Source: Vicugna vicugna
Lineage: Eukaryota
NCBI GenBank assembly: GCA_013265495.1
Contig: MU058218.1
Coordinates: 56,692-111,276 of the forward strand
Direction of reading: 5' to 3'
DNA length: 54,585 nucleotides
Position numbers and translations under genes: made by a program. The notes under the pieces are model-generated. The model was given only the letters and a program-made list of their open reading frames with translations. It was not told the origin of the DNA and searched no databases. Below are positions 50,906-54,585 of the stretch, piece after piece (the first letter of the stretch is position 1; each line of letters begins with the position of its first letter).

Positions 50906-51036
50906 AGTATCTTGTAATAACCTTTAATGACAAAGAATATGAAAATGAATATATGCATGTATGCACGTGACTGGGACATGGTGCTGCACACCAGAAACTG
51001 ACACATTGTAACTGACGGGACTGCAATTACAAAAAT
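50906..51036 (+). mobile_element. Short young LINE-1 3' end
   Basis: cagtatcttgtaataacctttaatg...tgactgggacatggtgctgcacaccagaaactgacacattgtaactgac is the reverse complement of the 12340-12460 family sequence. Confidence 0.9.
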
Positions 51037-51847
51037 ACAGCATTCACTTCGGTAGACTGACCAGCCCCTCTGTCCTTCCCCCCGTATTAGACATTACTGT
51101 GCGTGCATGCGTTCTCTACGCGTCTCACGCACACAGACAGATTTGTCTTAGGCTATTTGCTGTTGTGCTTTAGTTGAGGAGAAAATGCGCCTGATCATTA
51201 AGATCTAGAGACATAGTTAAAAACATGGCACCTTTACCTGATACAAAGTAGGAAACATGCAATGCGCTCTTCACTTAGCATTCCCTCTACCATCTGAAGA
51301 GCAGACGTACGTCTCTCTTCTTTAGGAAACCCAGACAGCCTGAAGCCTTTGCTCAGAAAGACGAACAAGCTCCCTTAACGCGAAGAGGTTCCCCTGTGGC
51401 TGTGGTTTCCAACCACCCAGTTGTATGCCTCATTGTTCAGGGCTGCGTCCCAGGGACTCTTTAAAAGTTATGATCTGCCTCATTTCAACTTGCTTCCCAA
51501 TAGCTGCCAGAGCTTCTTGTTTTCATCTGCCCTGAGCACATGGTTAAATATTTTTATGGAGAATCCAGGGCTGAGCACNNNNNNNNNNNNNNNNNNNNNN
51601 NNNNNNNNNNNNNNNNNNNNNNNNNNNNNNNNNNNNNNNNNNNNNNNNNNNNNNNNNNNNNNNNNNNNNNNNNNNNNNNNNNNNNNNNNNNNNNNNNNNN
51701 NNNNNNNNNNNNNNNNNNNNNNNNNNNNNNNNNNNNNNNNNNNNNNNNNNNNNNNNNNNNNNNNNNNNNNNNNNNNNNNNNNNNNNNNNNNNNNNNNNNN
51801 NNNNNNNNNNNNNNNNNNNNATCTTTGCATAGCCAGCCTGCCTCAGA

Positions 51848-51872
51848 GTGTGTGTGTGTGTGTGTGTGTGTG
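51848..51872. repeat. (GT)n microsatellite
   Basis: Directly visible. Confidence 0.95.
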
Positions 51873-52221
51873 CATAGACAAAGGAAAATAGAAACACAGG
51901 AGAAAGAGAAAGAAGTGGGGGACCCAGGGGGCTACAGAAAAGAAAGATGGGGTGTCTGTCTAGAGAGGCTGGGGATGTTTTAACACTCTTCTGACATTTC
52001 AAAAATTAGTTTTTGAAATATAAACACACAATTTATCAGTGCATAGAATTTGCAGAGTACTGAAAAATTTTAGCATTCTATATTCACTCAACTCACCAAT
52101 GTAATAATCTAATTTTTAAAATGTTTTAACTGTATTATCTTATAGTGAATTCCTAGCATGACTTGCTCTATAATGGTCATATGTCATGCCCAGCATCTTT
52201 CTATGATGCTCCAGCTACAAA

Positions 52222-54505
52222 CTTTTTTTTTAAGTATGCTTGACATATAATATTAGTTTCTCGTGTGCAACAGCGTGATTTGATATTTACATACATTATG
52301 AATTGATGCTCACAATAAGACAGCCACCATCCACCACGATATAAAGTTCTTGTGATATTGACTGTGCACCTTGTGCTGTACCTTACATCCCTGTGGCTCA
52401 TTTACTGCACTGGAATTTGTCCCTTACTATTACTGTATTATCAGTGTCTGCCTTTATGTCTCTTAATATTTGCTTTATGCATTTAGGAGCTCCTGTGTTG
52501 AGTGCATGAATATTTACAAGTGTTACGTCCTCTTGTTGGATTGGTCTCTTCGTCATTATGTAATGTTTTCCTTTTCTCTTCTAACGGTCTTTGTTTTAAG
52601 GTCTGTTTTGTCTAAGTATCACTACCCAGGCTTTGGATCTAAGCGAGTCTCTTGCAGGCAGCACACACATGAGTGCAGTTATTTTTATACAGTCAGACGT
52701 CCTAAGTCTTTTACTTGGAGCATTTGTCCCATTTACATTTGCAGTAATTATGAATAGGTGTGTACTTACTGCCATTTTGTTAATTGTCTTCTGGTTGTTT
52801 TTGTAGTTTTTCTCTGTTCCTTTCTGCTCTTGCTCTCTTGCCATGTGATTTGATGACTTTCTTTACTCCTATGTTTGTATTCATTTCTCTTTATTTTTGT
52901 GTGTCTATTGTATGTTTTCAGTTTGCAGTTACCACGCGATTCATATGTAACATCCTACATATATTACAGTCTGTTTTAAGTTGATGGTCACTTATGTTCC
53001 AGAGTATCCTAAAAGCACTAGTTTTACTCCCTGCTGTGTTTTATGATTTTGATGGCATATGTTACATCTGTTTATTTTGTGTATTGCTTAACTCGTTATT
53101 TTAACTATAGACGATTTCACTAGTTTTAATTTTTGACCTTCATTCTGACTTTATAGTAGTCGACCCACTACCTCTAATATATGTTTGTCTCTACCAGCTA
53201 GAATTTTCCCTTCATAATTTTTTGGTTTCTAGTTATAGCCTTTTCTTTTCTGTTAAAAGTCCTTTTGACATTTCTTGTAAGGCTAGTCTACTGGTGATGA
53301 ACTTTTTAAACTTTTGCTTGTGTATGAAACTCTGTCTCTCCTTCAGTTCTGAATATAACCTTGAAGTGTAGAGTATTCTTGGTTGTAAGTACTTTTTTTT
53401 TTTTTACTTTTTAGTACTTTATTGTGAATATATCATGCTAGTCTCTTTGGCCTATAAAGTTTCTGCTGAAAAATCAGTTGACAGTCTTGTAGGGTTTCCC
53501 TTTTAAGTAACCAGTTATTTTTCTCTTGCTGCTTTTAAGATTTTTCCTATCTTTAACTTTTGACATTTTAGTTATAATGTGTCTTGCTGTAGCTCTCTTT
53601 GAGTTTATCTTGTTTGGGAGTTTCTGTGCTTCCTGGATCTGGATGTCTGTTTCCTCTGACTCATTAGGCAAGGTTTTAGCCATTACTTCTTCAAATAGTT
53701 TTTTCTGTCCCTTTCTCTCTCTCTCCTCCCTCTGGGAGCCCTATAATGTGAAAGTTAGTAAACTTGATGTTGTCCCAGAGGTCCCTTACACTACCCTCAA
53801 TTTTTAATTTTATTTTTTTCAATTCTGATTGAGTGAGTTGCACTACTCTCTCTTCCAGACTGATGTTCTGTTCTGCATTTTCTAATCTCCTGTCAAGTCT
53901 GTCTAGTTCCATTTCAGGTATTGTATTCTTCAGTCTGATTTTTTTTAATATTTTCTATCTCTTGAAGAGTTCATCTGTTTTTCTTTGCAATTTGGTAAGC
54001 ATCATTTATGCTTTAACTTTTTACCTGGTGAATTGTTTATCTCTGAATTGTTTAGTTATTTTCCTGAGGTTTTGCCTTGCTCTTTCATTTAGAAGGTATT
54101 GTGTCTTCTCACTTTGCCTAAATCTCCTTGTTTAACAGTACTTTGTTTCTATCCATTCAGTGTATTAGCTATGTCTTCCTGTCTTTAAAGAGTGGCCTTA
54201 TGTAAAGGTGTCCTGTAGGTCTCAGTGATGCAGTCCTCCCTGGTTACCAGAGCCAGGTACTCTGGGGATATCCCCTTTTGGGGCTGCATGTACATCCTCC
54301 TGATGTCCTTGGGCCATGATTGTTGTGGGCATGCTGGTCAGTGGGTGCTGGCCTCCAGCACAACTGCCTGCAAAGCCTGGTTATGACTGTTCTCTGTGTG
54401 CAGGTGTGAAAGGCTGGTTCCCCTGACGGGGTGCTGCTTGGAGGGGAGCCAGTGCTGGTTGAGGTCACCCACAGGGTGGGGCAGGAGCAGCTGGAGAGTG
54501 TTCAG
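52222..54505 (-). mobile_element. LINE-1 with partial 5'UTR, ORF1, long spacer, ORF2 stub and terminal 3'UTR
   Basis: ORF1 pieces RDLWDNIKFTNFHIIGLPEGGEREKG and DIQIQEAQKLPNKINSKRATARHII. ORF2 start MAVSTHLFIITANVNGTNAPSKR at 52775. 3'UTR at 52222-52425. Confidence 0.92.
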
Positions 54506-54517
54506 CTGCCCATAACA

Positions 54518-54585
54518 CTTTTTTTTTTCTGAAAAAAATTTTTTAATTTATTTTTTATTTTGGAGGAGGAGATAATTAAGTTTTA
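54518..54585 (-). mobile_element. Tail of a vic-1-like SINE running off the window end
   Basis: T-rich run plus ttttggaggaggagataattaagtttta is the reverse complement of the aaac.taattatc.tccaaaa tail seen at 47394-47416. Confidence 0.75.

Noticed and set aside
39377..51983. ORFs containing X runs
   Set aside because: Artefacts of the N gaps at 39501-39619, 41032-41236 and 51579-51820 (also 8454-8557).
1..54585. CRISPR arrays, operons or prokaryotic defence systems
   Set aside because: The sequence is mammalian, with no regularly spaced repeats and no dense coding structure.

Overview
Mammalian genomic DNA, most likely a camelid (alpaca/vicuna/camel), judged from six copies of a tRNA-Ala(AGC)-derived simple SINE matching vic-1 and from young LINE-1 3' ends. 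It is draft-assembly sequence with five N gaps. I recognise no host protein-coding exon, so the window looks intergenic or deep intronic. The only real protein homology in the ORF track is LINE-1 (RT with YADD at 445-890, endonuclease at 44699-45380, ORF1 pieces at 53474-53912). A large share of the window is interspersed repeats: L1s of several ages, a HAL1-like remnant, MIR, L2, MLT1, LTR40 and MER41-like solo LTRs, and a near full-length Charlie1a. The most interesting signals are structural: a twin-primed inverted L1 inserted at the target site of an older L1, an old L1 whose 5'UTR is fused 4 nt upstream of the ORF2 ATG (possible spliced retrocopy), a half-L1-like element, an orphan endonuclease fragment, a perfect 22-bp palindrome with a splice donor on both strands, and a candidate 36-nt microexon. 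I found no convincing evidence of a new biological system. Repeat family names come from recalled consensus sequences, not a database search, and boundaries of old repeats are approximate.
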